Virus record (IMG/VR): IMGVR_UViG_3300032322_001765
Coordinates: 62,001-126,000 of that record
DNA length: 64,000 nt
Direction: 5' to 3' (one strand)
The notes beneath the pieces are model-generated. The model did no database searches and had not been told where the DNA came from. It saw only the letters and a list, made by a program, of their open reading frames with translations. Positions 41,115 through 50,380 of the stretch are shown piece after piece. How positions within the stretch are numbered: position 1 is the stretch's first letter; the number at the start of each line of letters is the position of its first letter. The position numbers and the translations under genes are program-made.

Positions 41115-44100
41115 ATGACTACAAAAATTTCTAGTGATAACATACAAACAGCAACACTTAATACATTAGGTGGACCTAAAATACAAACGATTACTTATCC
41201 AGGTGATGATACTGCTGCTGATCCAGCCGGCGGGCAAACGATTACATTGACTGGTTCAGGTTTTGAAGCAAGTGCAAGTGTTGTTATTAATACAACAGCA
41301 GTTGGTGTTGTTACAGTCGTAAGTTCTACTACAATTACTTTTACAACTCCGGCATTAAGTGCTGGTAGTTATACTCTTTACGTGATTAATCCAAATGGTG
41401 GAACTGCGATTGCAGTGCCGGGTATACAATATAGTGGTACGCCAACTTGGAGTACTGCTGCTGGTAGTTTGGGTAACGTATACGAAGCTGCTGCAATCAA
41501 TAATACATTAGTTGCTACTGGTGATGCACCCATTACATATAGTTTGTTTAGTGGTACACTTCCACTTACATCAACATTAAACAGTTCTACTGGTGTATTA
41601 AGTGGTACAGCAGATGCAACAGCAAGCCCAACTACATATACATTTACAATTCGTGCGACTGATGCAGAAAGTCAAGATACAAACAGACAATTTAGTTTAA
41701 CAATTAATCCAGACGTAGTTACATGGAATAGTCCTGCAAATAATATCACATATACTAGTAATGTAAATCAGGCTATCTCTAATGTTACAATGAGTGCTAC
41801 AAGTGCTGCAGGGTATGGTATCACATATACAGCTAATAGTTTACCAACTGGTTTAAGCATTAGTGGAGCAAACATTACAGGTACACCAACGGTTGTCGCA
41901 AATAGTAGTTCATTAATTACTGCAACAGCAAGTACATCGAATAGAACTGCAACCAGAACATTTAATTGGGTAGTACAGTTAGGCACTGACCCATATTTTA
42001 ATTTAACTACATTATTATTAAACTCTGAAGCATCTGCAAACGCATGGATAAGTGATAGTAGCACAAATAGTTTTGCAATTACTGTTAACGGTGATACAAG
42101 ACCTGCTGCATTTAGTCCATATGAAACAGTGTATAGTAATCAATTTGATGGCACTGGTGATTATTTAACTGTACCAACTAATGCTGCTTTGGATTTTGGT
42201 ACTGGGGATTTTACAGTTGAACTTTGGTGGTATCCAACTTCATTAGCAGCCGATCATGGATTTTTAGGAGCGACTGTTGGCGCTGGTTACGATTTTGTTT
42301 ATAGAACATCTACCGGTTTTAATATAGCAAGGATTAATGTAGCATTTGACAATACATTTGCTTATACCGCAGTTGTTAATACCTGGTATCATGTAGCGTA
42401 TTCTCGCTCAGGAACTAATTTAAGAGTATTTGTTAATGGTGTACAAATTGGCAGTACCGCTACAAATAGTATTTCGTATGGTACGAATGGAGGCACCGCA
42501 GTTATAGGTGGATCAACAAACGCAGACCGTTTACTAGCAGGATATATGTCTAACATGCGACTAGTCAAAGGCACTGCACTTTACACATCAAACTTTATAC
42601 CATCAACAACACCTTTAACAGCAGTGTCAGGTACAAGTTTATTAACATGTCAAAGTAATAGATTAATTGATAATAGTACAAATAATTTTACACTAACAAG
42701 AAACGGAGATGTAAGTGTACGTAACTTTGGCCCATTTGTAGAAACAGATTTAACAACTGGTAGTGGTTATTTTGATGGCACTGGAGATTGGTTAACGGCA
42801 ACGGCTAATTCTGCGTTTGCATTGGGGTCTGGGAATTTTACTATTGACGGTTGGATATATCCAACAGCATCAAATGGTATGATTATCGACACTAGAAATA
42901 CTAATGGAAGTGCAAGTGGATTCGCAGTAGAAACTGATTCATCTAACCAATTTTTAATTTATACAGATAGTGCTAAACTAACAGCAGGTACAGCACCTTT
43001 AAATATTTGGACTTTTTTTGCTATTGTAAGATCAGGTAGCACTATAACCGTATATGTTAATGGTGTTAGTGCAGGATCTTATTCTAGTTCACAAAATTTT
43101 TCAGATAATGCATTGGTTATTGCTAGTAATGAACCTAAAAATAAATCGTTGACTGGCTATCTAAGTAATGTTCGTATAGTAAAAGGTACAGCAGTTTATA
43201 CCACAACCTTTACCCCACCAACAAGTCCACTAACAGCAATTGCAAATACAAGTTTACTGACATTACAAAACAGATTTGGTGAAAACAATAATCGTTTTGT
43301 TGATACATCCGGTATTAATAATATTATTACACGTAATGGTAATACTACACAAGGTACATTTAGTCCGTTCAGTCAGACCGGTTGGAGTAATTATTTTGAT
43401 GGTAGCAGCACACTGTATTTCGCAGGAACACCTATCTCAACAACACAAACAAATTTTACAATTGAAGCTTGGGTTTATTTAACAGCAGATCCAACATTTG
43501 GTGGCGGCGTAGGTCAGGTGGTAGTCGATGGCGGCGGCTTGGCGGGAGGATCATTTTGGGGCTTCGGTTTAAATACATCAAGAAATATAGTATTCAGATG
43601 GTATGACGGAGCATCCGGTTTTAATTGTACTTCTACTAGTGCAGTTTCTCTCAACCAATGGGCTCACATTGCAGTATCAGTAAGTTCAAATGCAATTAAA
43701 CTATTTATAAATGGTAATTTACAAAGCACTACAGGAACATCTACCTTAACAAATCGTGGAGGTAATCAAGGTAACATTAACGTAGGAAGATACGCTACCT
43801 CAGATGCTTTGTATGGTTATATTTCCAATGCCAGAATTGTTACTGGTGCCGGCCTTTATTCTACCTCATTCACACCAAGCACAACTCCATTAACGACTAC
43901 TGTTCCTTCCGGAACAGTGGCATTTCTTACTGCCCAGTCAAATAGATTTGTCGATACTAGTACAAGTAATAGAACACCTGTTTTAGCTGGATCTACTTCT
44001 GTACAGGCATTTAGTCCATTCGTACCTACTACTGAGTATAGCGCAGCTACAGTGGGGGGTAGTATGTATTTTGATGGTACTGGAGATTATTTAACCGTAG

Positions 44101-45200
44101 CTTCTTCTACTGTATTTGGTTTGGGAACTGAAAATTTTACCTTTGAATGCTGGTTATACCCTACAGCAAATCCTGCAAATGGACCAGGTACTATTTTTGA
44201 TGCTCGTTCGGGAGTAGTAGCTGAAGGTTATGTAATTCGTGCGTTTAATGACAGAACGATTGGAATTTATACGTCTACAAATTCTTATGTTTATTCTACT
44301 GGAACTATTACTTTAAATGCGTGGAATCATATAGCACTAGTTCGAACATCAACGTCTACCAACGGTTTAGCTTTCTATATTAACGGAGCGGCTGCCGGAA
44401 CTGTTACTGTTAGTAGTAATTTGGGAACCTCATGGTCACCATTAATAGGTTACAATAGAGCAGGTTCAGGATTTGAATGGAATGGTTATATAAGTAATTT
44501 AAGACTTATTAAAGGTTCAGCATTCTATACATCCTCATTTTCGGCACCGGTTGCGCCACTAACTACTGTTGGAGCAACATTATTACTTAATGGCACTAAT
44601 AGTGGTATCATTGATTATACTAGCAAAAATAATTTAGAAACAGCTGGTAACGCACAACTATCATATAGTGTAAAAAAGTTTGGCAATGCGAGTATGAGTT
44701 TTGATGGAACGGGAGATTGGCTAATAATACCAAACAGCCAAAATTTTGTATTCGGCTTTGGTAATTGGACAATTGAACTGTGGGTAAGACCAGGAGCAAC
44801 AGGAAGACAGGGGTTTGTAGCATTAGAAAATGCTGCTGGTACAATCGTCCCATGGGAGTTAGGAATAAACAATGGAAACACATTCCGAGTGCTTGTGCAA
44901 ACATCTAGTGGACAGTATATAGTTGATGGAACAACATCTGTATCTACGAACACTTGGTATCACGTTGCAGCCGTAAGAAACGGATCTACAGTCACGCTTT
45001 ATGTGAACGGTACATCAGAGGGAACCCCGGCAAATGTTTCTACCAATGCTTTGGTTTCTGAAACATCTCCTATTTACGTCGGAACTTATAACTATGGATT
45101 TCCGTTGACCGGCTACATAGATGATCTACGTATCACTAAAGGCTATGCACGTTATACAAGTAATTTTACACCACCGACCTCAGCGTTCATTACGTATTAA
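41115..45200 (+). CDS. Adhesin: IPT/TIG + Ig-like + 5 LamG domains
   Basis: Paralogue of 30231 that lacks one Ig-like unit and the fourth LamG unit. MTTKISSDNI N-terminus. Confidence 0.85.
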   Translation: MTTKISSDNIQTATLNTLGGPKIQTITYPGDDTAADPAGGQTITLTGSGFEASASVVINTTAVGVVTVVSSTTITFTTPALSAGSYTLYVINPNGGTAIAVPGIQYSGTPTWSTAAGSLGNVYEAAAINNTLVATGDAPITYSLFSGTLPLTSTLNSSTGVLSGTADATASPTTYTFTIRATDAESQDTNRQFSLTINPDVVTWNSPANNITYTSNVNQAISNVTMSATSAAGYGITYTANSLPTGLSISGANITGTPTVVANSSSLITATASTSNRTATRTFNWVVQLGTDPYFNLTTLLLNSEASANAWISDSSTNSFAITVNGDTRPAAFSPYETVYSNQFDGTGDYLTVPTNAALDFGTGDFTVELWWYPTSLAADHGFLGATVGAGYDFVYRTSTGFNIARINVAFDNTFAYTAVVNTWYHVAYSRSGTNLRVFVNGVQIGSTATNSISYGTNGGTAVIGGSTNADRLLAGYMSNMRLVKGTALYTSNFIPSTTPLTAVSGTSLLTCQSNRLIDNSTNNFTLTRNGDVSVRNFGPFVETDLTTGSGYFDGTGDWLTATANSAFALGSGNFTIDGWIYPTASNGMIIDTRNTNGSASGFAVETDSSNQFLIYTDSAKLTAGTAPLNIWTFFAIVRSGSTITVYVNGVSAGSYSSSQNFSDNALVIASNEPKNKSLTGYLSNVRIVKGTAVYTTTFTPPTSPLTAIANTSLLTLQNRFGENNNRFVDTSGINNIITRNGNTTQGTFSPFSQTGWSNYFDGSSTLYFAGTPISTTQTNFTIEAWVYLTADPTFGGGVGQVVVDGGGLAGGSFWGFGLNTSRNIVFRWYDGASGFNCTSTSAVSLNQWAHIAVSVSSNAIKLFINGNLQSTTGTSTLTNRGGNQGNINVGRYATSDALYGYISNARIVTGAGLYSTSFTPSTTPLTTTVPSGTVAFLTAQSNRFVDTSTSNRTPVLAGSTSVQAFSPFVPTTEYSAATVGGSMYFDGTGDYLTVASSTVFGLGTENFTFECWLYPTANPANGPGTIFDARSGVVAEGYVIRAFNDRTIGIYTSTNSYVYSTGTITLNAWNHIALVRTSTSTNGLAFYINGAAAGTVTVSSNLGTSWSPLIGYNRAGSGFEWNGYISNLRLIKGSAFYTSSFSAPVAPLTTVGATLLLNGTNSGIIDYTSKNNLETAGNAQLSYSVKKFGNASMSFDGTGDWLIIPNSQNFVFGFGNWTIELWVRPGATGRQGFVALENAAGTIVPWELGINNGNTFRVLVQTSSGQYIVDGTTSVSTNTWYHVAAVRNGSTVTLYVNGTSEGTPANVSTNALVSETSPIYVGTYNYGFPLTGYIDDLRITKGYARYTSNFTPPTSAFITY

Positions 45201-45207
45201 GTAATAG

Positions 45208-45215
45208 ACTAAATA
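45208..45215 (+). promoter_or_regulatory. Late-promoter-like ACTAAATA
   Basis: In the spacer before 45235; same octamer as at 815. Confidence 0.5.
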
Positions 45216-45234
45216 TTAAAAAGGCATAAAATAA

Positions 45235-47148
45235 ATGGCAATTATCAAGATTCAACCGTATATACTAGACGAAACGCAAAATTTTACTTTTGCTAACGTT
45301 ACTATTACGGCGAATACAACTTCAGGTAATGCTAATTTAGGTAATGCCGCTACAGCAAACTTCTTCATAGGAAATGGTAGTTTACTTACAGGTATAGCAG
45401 GAACTTATAGTAATGCTGATGTTGCAAACTATCTTCCAACTTATACAGGTAATGTTGCTGCTGGCAATGTTTTAACAAATAATTTATTATACGCAAATGG
45501 AGTTGCATGGAGCTTTGGTAGTTCGTATTCAAACACAAATGTCGCTGCATATCTCCCTACATACACCAGTAATTTAACTGCCGGTAATATATTAGGTGCT
45601 AATTTAATTAGTGGTAATTTCTTAACTGGAACACTAACAACAGCAGCACAACCTAATATTACTTCAGTTGGAACATTATCTAGTTTAAGTGTTACTGCTA
45701 ATGTAAGTGCCGGTAACATCTTAACAGACAATTTATTATATGCTAACGGAACATTATGGAATCTTTCAGGTAGTTATTCTAATACAAACGTTGCTGCATA
45801 CCTTCCAACTTACACTGGTAATTTTACAGCAGGCAATGCTAATGTAACAGGAAACATCACAGCCGGTAATTTAATTACATCAGGAAGTGGTGGAAATATT
45901 ACAGGTGCAAATGTTATTTCCGCTACAACATTTACTGCGACAGGAAATATAAGTTCTGGGAACGCTAATTTAGGTAATGCAGTAACAGCAAACTTCTTTA
46001 TAGGAAATGGTAGTTTATTAACTGGACTTCCTGCAAGTTATAGTAACACGAATGTTGCTGCTTACTTACCTACTTATACAGGAAATTTAACAGCAGGTAA
46101 TGCTAACTTAGGTAATGCAGTAACAGCAAACTTCTTTATGGGAAATGGTAGCTTATTAACTGGACTACCAGCAAGCTACAGCAATACGAATGTTGCTGCA
46201 TATCTACCAACTTACACAGGTAACTTTACTGCTAATAATATTGTAGCATCAAATAATATTAATGCAAGTAGCATCACAACTACTGGAAGTAGTGGAAATA
46301 TAAGTGGCGCTAATTATGTAATAGCTAATTTCTTTAGTGGTAACGGAAGTCTACTTACAAGTATTGCCGGAGGTAATATAACTGGTCAAGTAGCTAATGC
46401 ACTAGTTGCTGGTACCGTATATACTAACGCACAACCAAACATAACAAGTGTTGGAACTTTAAGTAGTCTAAGTGTAACCGCTAATGTAAGTGCTGGTAAT
46501 ATTTTAACAGACAATTTACTTTATGCTAATGGAGTTACATGGACTTTTGGTAGTACATATTCTAACACTAATGTTGCAGCATATCTACCAACTTATACAG
46601 GTAACATCAGTGCAAATTATTATACCGGCGATGGATCATTATTGACTGGTATTACAGCTACAGTTGCGCAAACTGTAAGTAATGCCGCACAACCAAATAT
46701 TACAAGTGTTGGTACACTAAGTGGGTTAACTGTTTCAGGTAACTTATCGTTTACTGGAGCTAATGCGTATTTTTCTAATGTAGGTAATTTAAAAATACTT
46801 GGTGGAAATAATAATCAGGTGTTGAGTACAGATGGTACCGGTAATCTATCTTGGATCACCTCTACGTCAGCAAACATGACGGTAGACACTTTTAGTGCAA
46901 ACGGTAATGCAAATAGCTTCACGCTTTCTACTTCCCCAACAGATGCAAATTATGTTTTTGTAAACATTAATGGAGTATTTCAATTTAGGGATGCATATTC
47001 ATTAGCAGGAAATGTGATAACGTTAGGTAGTACTCCTACTAATGGAAGTACAATAGAAGTAAGTGCAATGAATGTAGGTGCGAGTTCAGGCGGTGGAGGA
47101 ACTAATACCTCAGTAGTATATACAATGGGATTAATATTCGGAGGATAA
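45235..47148 (+). CDS. Fibre protein (637 aa) with C-terminal SVVYTMGLIFGG coupler motif
   Basis: MAIIKIQPYILD anchor, several YSNxxVAxYLPTYTxN repeats, three QPNITS repeats and an FSANG..FTL module. Confidence 0.82.
   Translation: MAIIKIQPYILDETQNFTFANVTITANTTSGNANLGNAATANFFIGNGSLLTGIAGTYSNADVANYLPTYTGNVAAGNVLTNNLLYANGVAWSFGSSYSNTNVAAYLPTYTSNLTAGNILGANLISGNFLTGTLTTAAQPNITSVGTLSSLSVTANVSAGNILTDNLLYANGTLWNLSGSYSNTNVAAYLPTYTGNFTAGNANVTGNITAGNLITSGSGGNITGANVISATTFTATGNISSGNANLGNAVTANFFIGNGSLLTGLPASYSNTNVAAYLPTYTGNLTAGNANLGNAVTANFFMGNGSLLTGLPASYSNTNVAAYLPTYTGNFTANNIVASNNINASSITTTGSSGNISGANYVIANFFSGNGSLLTSIAGGNITGQVANALVAGTVYTNAQPNITSVGTLSSLSVTANVSAGNILTDNLLYANGVTWTFGSTYSNTNVAAYLPTYTGNISANYYTGDGSLLTGITATVAQTVSNAAQPNITSVGTLSGLTVSGNLSFTGANAYFSNVGNLKILGGNNNQVLSTDGTGNLSWITSTSANMTVDTFSANGNANSFTLSTSPTDANYVFVNINGVFQFRDAYSLAGNVITLGSTPTNGSTIEVSAMNVGASSGGGGTNTSVVYTMGLIFGG
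45961..46236 (+). repeat. Tandem 138-bp (46-aa) duplication in fibre gene
   Basis: NANLGNAVTANFF(I/M)GNGSLLTGLPASYSNTNVAAYLPTYTGN(L/F)TA occurs twice, starting at 45961 and 46099. Confidence 0.9.
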
Positions 47149-47149
47149 A

Positions 47150-47506
47150 ATGGCAGCGCCAAACACATTAAATTTAACAACAGTGACACTTAAAACATCG
47201 TTTGCGGCGTTGACTACGGTTACAGGTAACATTATAACTAATAGCACATCTAGTAATACGGTAGATAAAATCAATGATGTAATTGTTTGTAATTATTCTG
47301 GATCAGCAATTACAGCTAATGTAATGGTAAATAGAAGTTCAACCGCGTATTATTTGGCAGGTAATATAAGTGTTCCTGCGTATTCAACATTGGTAGTGTT
47401 AGGAAAAGATACAGCAATATATTTAGAAGAAGGTGATGTATTACAAGCAAATGTAAGTGCAAATAGTGCAGCACACATTTCTGCTGCGTATGAGTTAATA
47501 ACGTAA
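47150..47506 (+). CDS. Small fibre adapter protein (paralogue of 24309)
   Basis: MAAPNTLNLTT..NSTSSNTVDKIN.VIVCN..YLEEGD aligns by eye with MANPNIVNVTT..NNSSSGKIYKVNMLVVAN..YLLEGD. Confidence 0.78.
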   Translation: MAAPNTLNLTTVTLKTSFAALTTVTGNIITNSTSSNTVDKINDVIVCNYSGSAITANVMVNRSSTAYYLAGNISVPAYSTLVVLGKDTAIYLEEGDVLQANVSANSAAHISAAYELIT

Positions 47507-47508
47507 TT

Positions 47509-48471
47509 ATGACTAGACAAAGAACAAATTATGGTATAACAGGTTCGGAACAGACTGTTACTCAAGGTTCAAAGAATGGCCTCTATACTATTGTTGATGC
47601 ACAAATAGCTCAAGGAGCTGGCAAGTGGCCAGCTCCTGGCATAGATGTAAACTATTTAGTAATTGCAGGTGGAGGCAGTGCAGGTAAGGGACAATCCGGC
47701 GGCGGCGGCGCCGGAGGATATAGATCAAACTTAATAGGTCAAGCTTCAGGTGGGGGTGCAAGCGCAGAAGCACCACTTATTGTAAGTTATAATACTACTT
47801 TTAATGTAACAGTTGGTGCAGGAGGTGCAGCGCAAACAACTTTAGACCTTCAAGGTAATAACGGAAGTGACTCAAGTTTTGGTAGTATAACTTCTACTGG
47901 AGGAGGCGGTGGCGGCGCATATGGAACTCCAGCTGGTAAAAATGGAGGCTCTGGTGGAGGACAGGGAAATAACACAGGAGCCACTGGAGGAAGTGGAACT
48001 TCAGGTCAGGGCTATAACGGCGGTAATGTAGCTGTTTATTCTTCGCCTTATCGAGGCGCAGGGGGCGGCGGTGCCGGCGCGGTAGGTGCCAATGGATATA
48101 CCGGTACTGGCGAGGGAGGTACCGGTGTAGCATCATCGATTACCGGAAGTTCAGTGACTAGAGCAGGTGGTGGAGGAGGAGGTATATTTGGTAGCAGTAC
48201 TCCTGCAGCGGGCGGCGCGGGTGGCGGCGGCGCCGGCACTGGCTCAGGTAACGGCGGCGATGGTAGTGCTAACACAGGCGGCGGCGGTGGAGGAACGACT
48301 TACCCAGGAGGAAACTCGGGCGCTGGCGGTTCTGGTGTTGTAATTATTCGTTATTCTGATACACATGCTAATGCCTCAGCAACTACAGGATCACCTACAT
48401 TATCTGTTACTGGTGGCTACAGAATCTATACTTTTACTGGTAACGGATCAATAACTTTTCCAGCCAGCTAA
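47509..48471 (+). CDS. Glycine-rich (polyglycine) adhesin-like protein
   Basis: Contains VNYLVIAGGG, polyglycine runs, ANTGGGGGG and GGSGVVIIRY..YRIYTFTGNGSITF. Confidence 0.8.
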   Translation: MTRQRTNYGITGSEQTVTQGSKNGLYTIVDAQIAQGAGKWPAPGIDVNYLVIAGGGSAGKGQSGGGGAGGYRSNLIGQASGGGASAEAPLIVSYNTTFNVTVGAGGAAQTTLDLQGNNGSDSSFGSITSTGGGGGGAYGTPAGKNGGSGGGQGNNTGATGGSGTSGQGYNGGNVAVYSSPYRGAGGGGAGAVGANGYTGTGEGGTGVASSITGSSVTRAGGGGGGIFGSSTPAAGGAGGGGAGTGSGNGGDGSANTGGGGGGTTYPGGNSGAGGSGVVIIRYSDTHANASATTGSPTLSVTGGYRIYTFTGNGSITFPAS

Positions 48472-48505
48472 GTTACAATTAAAGAATTTTTAAGAGAATT
48501 AAACT

Positions 48506-49885
48506 ATGGCAGCAATAACAAAAATTACACCAATAGCGTTAGATGAAACAGCTAACTATACAGTTAATAATTTAACTGTAACATCTAACGTCAGTTTTGG
48601 TAACAGTAATTTAGGTAATTTATCAGTTGCTAATTTCTTTTCAGGCAATGGATCATTATTAACTTCACTTACAGGCGGTAATGTAACAGGACAAGTAGGT
48701 AATGCATTAATCGCTGGTACAGTGTACACTAATGCACAGCCAAATATTACAAGCGTTGGTACATTAAGTAGTCTAAGTGTAACTGCTAATGCAAGTGCTG
48801 GTAATATTTTAACAGATAACTTGTTATACGCTAATGGCACAGCATGGACTTTTGGTAGTGGATCATATTCAAATACAAATGTTGCTGCGTACTTACCTAC
48901 GTATACTGGTAATTTTACTGCTGGTAATGTTTCAGGCGCTAATTTAATCAGTGGTAATTTCTTAACCGGTACATTAACTACAGCAGCACAACCGAATATT
49001 ACTAGTGTTGGTACATTATCATCACTAACAGTTACTGGACTAATTACTGCAACAGCAAATGGTGTTAAAGCTGCAAATATTTACGATAGTACCGGTACAT
49101 TAACAATTGAAACAAAATACGGTAACTTAGCGGGTGATGCAGGAGTATATGGCAATTTAACTGTTGGTACAAGTGGTACCGGAAATATTACAGCGTATAA
49201 TGCTAACTTAGGTAATTTAGTTATTGGTAACTTCTTGCAAGGAACATTAACAACAGCACTACAACCAAATATTACTTCAGTTGGCACATTGTCTAATCTT
49301 ACAGTATCAGGTAATGTCTCATTGACTGGAGCAAATGTTTATGTAAGCAACGTAGCTAATTTAAAAATACCCGGCGGAACTGCTAATTATGTATTATCAA
49401 CTGATGGGACAGGTAACTTAAGTTGGGCAGCGCAAACTGGTGGCGGAGGTGGCGGCACACCTGGTGGTAGTAATACACAACTACAGTTTAACAATTCAAA
49501 TGCGTTTGGCGGTACAACTGGTTTAACATTTGATTCAGTTAATAATAGATTATCGATTACTAATTACACATTACCAACAAACGCATTAGGTAATATAAGT
49601 GGTAATACAACCATAAATTTAAATGCTGGTATGTATGTTACTGCTACTGTAACTGGTTCGGTAACTTGGACTTTTAGTAATTCAGCAACTTCGTCAAATG
49701 CTTCAGGCTTTATTTTAGAATTAACAAATGGTGGTAGCAGTACTCAAATTTGGCCTACTTCAGTTAGATGGCCAAGTGGTGTAGCACCTGCTCTCACAGT
49801 AACAGGTGTCGATTTACTTGCTTTTGTTACTGACGATAATGGCACTAATTGGCGTGGTGTCGCTTCAATGATTGATAGTAAATAA
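48506..49885 (+). CDS. Fibre protein with C-terminal WPxSVRWPxGxAP..D..F.T.D.G..W domain
   Basis: MAAITKITPIALD anchor and three QPNITS repeats. The C-terminal domain is of a type widespread at phage fibre ends. Confidence 0.8.
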   Translation: MAAITKITPIALDETANYTVNNLTVTSNVSFGNSNLGNLSVANFFSGNGSLLTSLTGGNVTGQVGNALIAGTVYTNAQPNITSVGTLSSLSVTANASAGNILTDNLLYANGTAWTFGSGSYSNTNVAAYLPTYTGNFTAGNVSGANLISGNFLTGTLTTAAQPNITSVGTLSSLTVTGLITATANGVKAANIYDSTGTLTIETKYGNLAGDAGVYGNLTVGTSGTGNITAYNANLGNLVIGNFLQGTLTTALQPNITSVGTLSNLTVSGNVSLTGANVYVSNVANLKIPGGTANYVLSTDGTGNLSWAAQTGGGGGGTPGGSNTQLQFNNSNAFGGTTGLTFDSVNNRLSITNYTLPTNALGNISGNTTINLNAGMYVTATVTGSVTWTFSNSATSSNASGFILELTNGGSSTQIWPTSVRWPSGVAPALTVTGVDLLAFVTDDNGTNWRGVASMIDSK

Positions 49886-49889
49886 TATT

Positions 49890-50378
49890 ATGGCAAATTT
49901 TGCATTAGTTGAAAATAACGTAATTATAGAAAGACATGATTTACTTCCAACAACATGGAGAAATGTTAGTGGATTAAGTTTGTTGAAAGATGATGAAGAA
50001 TTATTAAATAATTTAGGTTGGTATACAGTTACTAAAGTATATCCTAATTATGATATATCAACTCAGTATATCGACGGATATGAGTATTCTTTTGTTGATA
50101 ATAAAGTCTTAGAAACACCTATACTTAAAAACATTGAGATTGTTGTAATTTCTGAGGAAGAACGTTTTGCAACTTTATTAGCAGAATTAAGACTTAAAAG
50201 AGATAGCTTGTTAATTGAATCTGATTGGACACAATTAGCAGACGTACAAGCAAGTCACACAAATGATTGGAAAACAGCTTGGGCTAATTATAGGCAACAA
50301 CTTCGTGATTTACCAAACCTATGCATAGTGGGTCAGATAAATATATATGAAGTTATATGGCCTACTAAACCCGAGTAA
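49890..50378 (+). CDS. Phage tail/fibre assembly chaperone
   Basis: Start moved to ATG 49890 (MANFALVENN). The C-terminal RxxRDxLLxESDWTQLADV..W..YRQQLRDLP..WPxKP is the typical tail-assembly-chaperone signature. Confidence 0.85.
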   Translation: MANFALVENNVIIERHDLLPTTWRNVSGLSLLKDDEELLNNLGWYTVTKVYPNYDISTQYIDGYEYSFVDNKVLETPILKNIEIVVISEEERFATLLAELRLKRDSLLIESDWTQLADVQASHTNDWKTAWANYRQQLRDLPNLCIVGQINIYEVIWPTKPE

Positions 50379-50380
50379 AC

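Larger units (their letters stand above)
10900..49300 (+). repeat. Dispersed (A/S)QPN(I/V)TS(V/L)G(T/N)L fibre-shaft repeat family
   Basis: Roughly 40 copies across seven genes (10387, 12568, 20515, 23094, 36697, 45235, 48506). Often embedded in GNANLGNL..AN(Y/F)F.G(D/N)GSLL.SITGGNVTGQV(G/A)NAL.AGTVYTN. Confidence 0.9.

Noticed and set aside
24671-48471. Diversity-generating retroelement acting on the repeated adhesin C-termini
   Set aside because: There is no reverse transcriptase in the window, and differences between repeated ends are not adenine-specific; they are mostly ordinary synonymous changes.
35784-48471. Collagen-like fibres
   Set aside because: The glycines occur in runs (GGGGG, GxGG), not in Gly-X-Y triplets.
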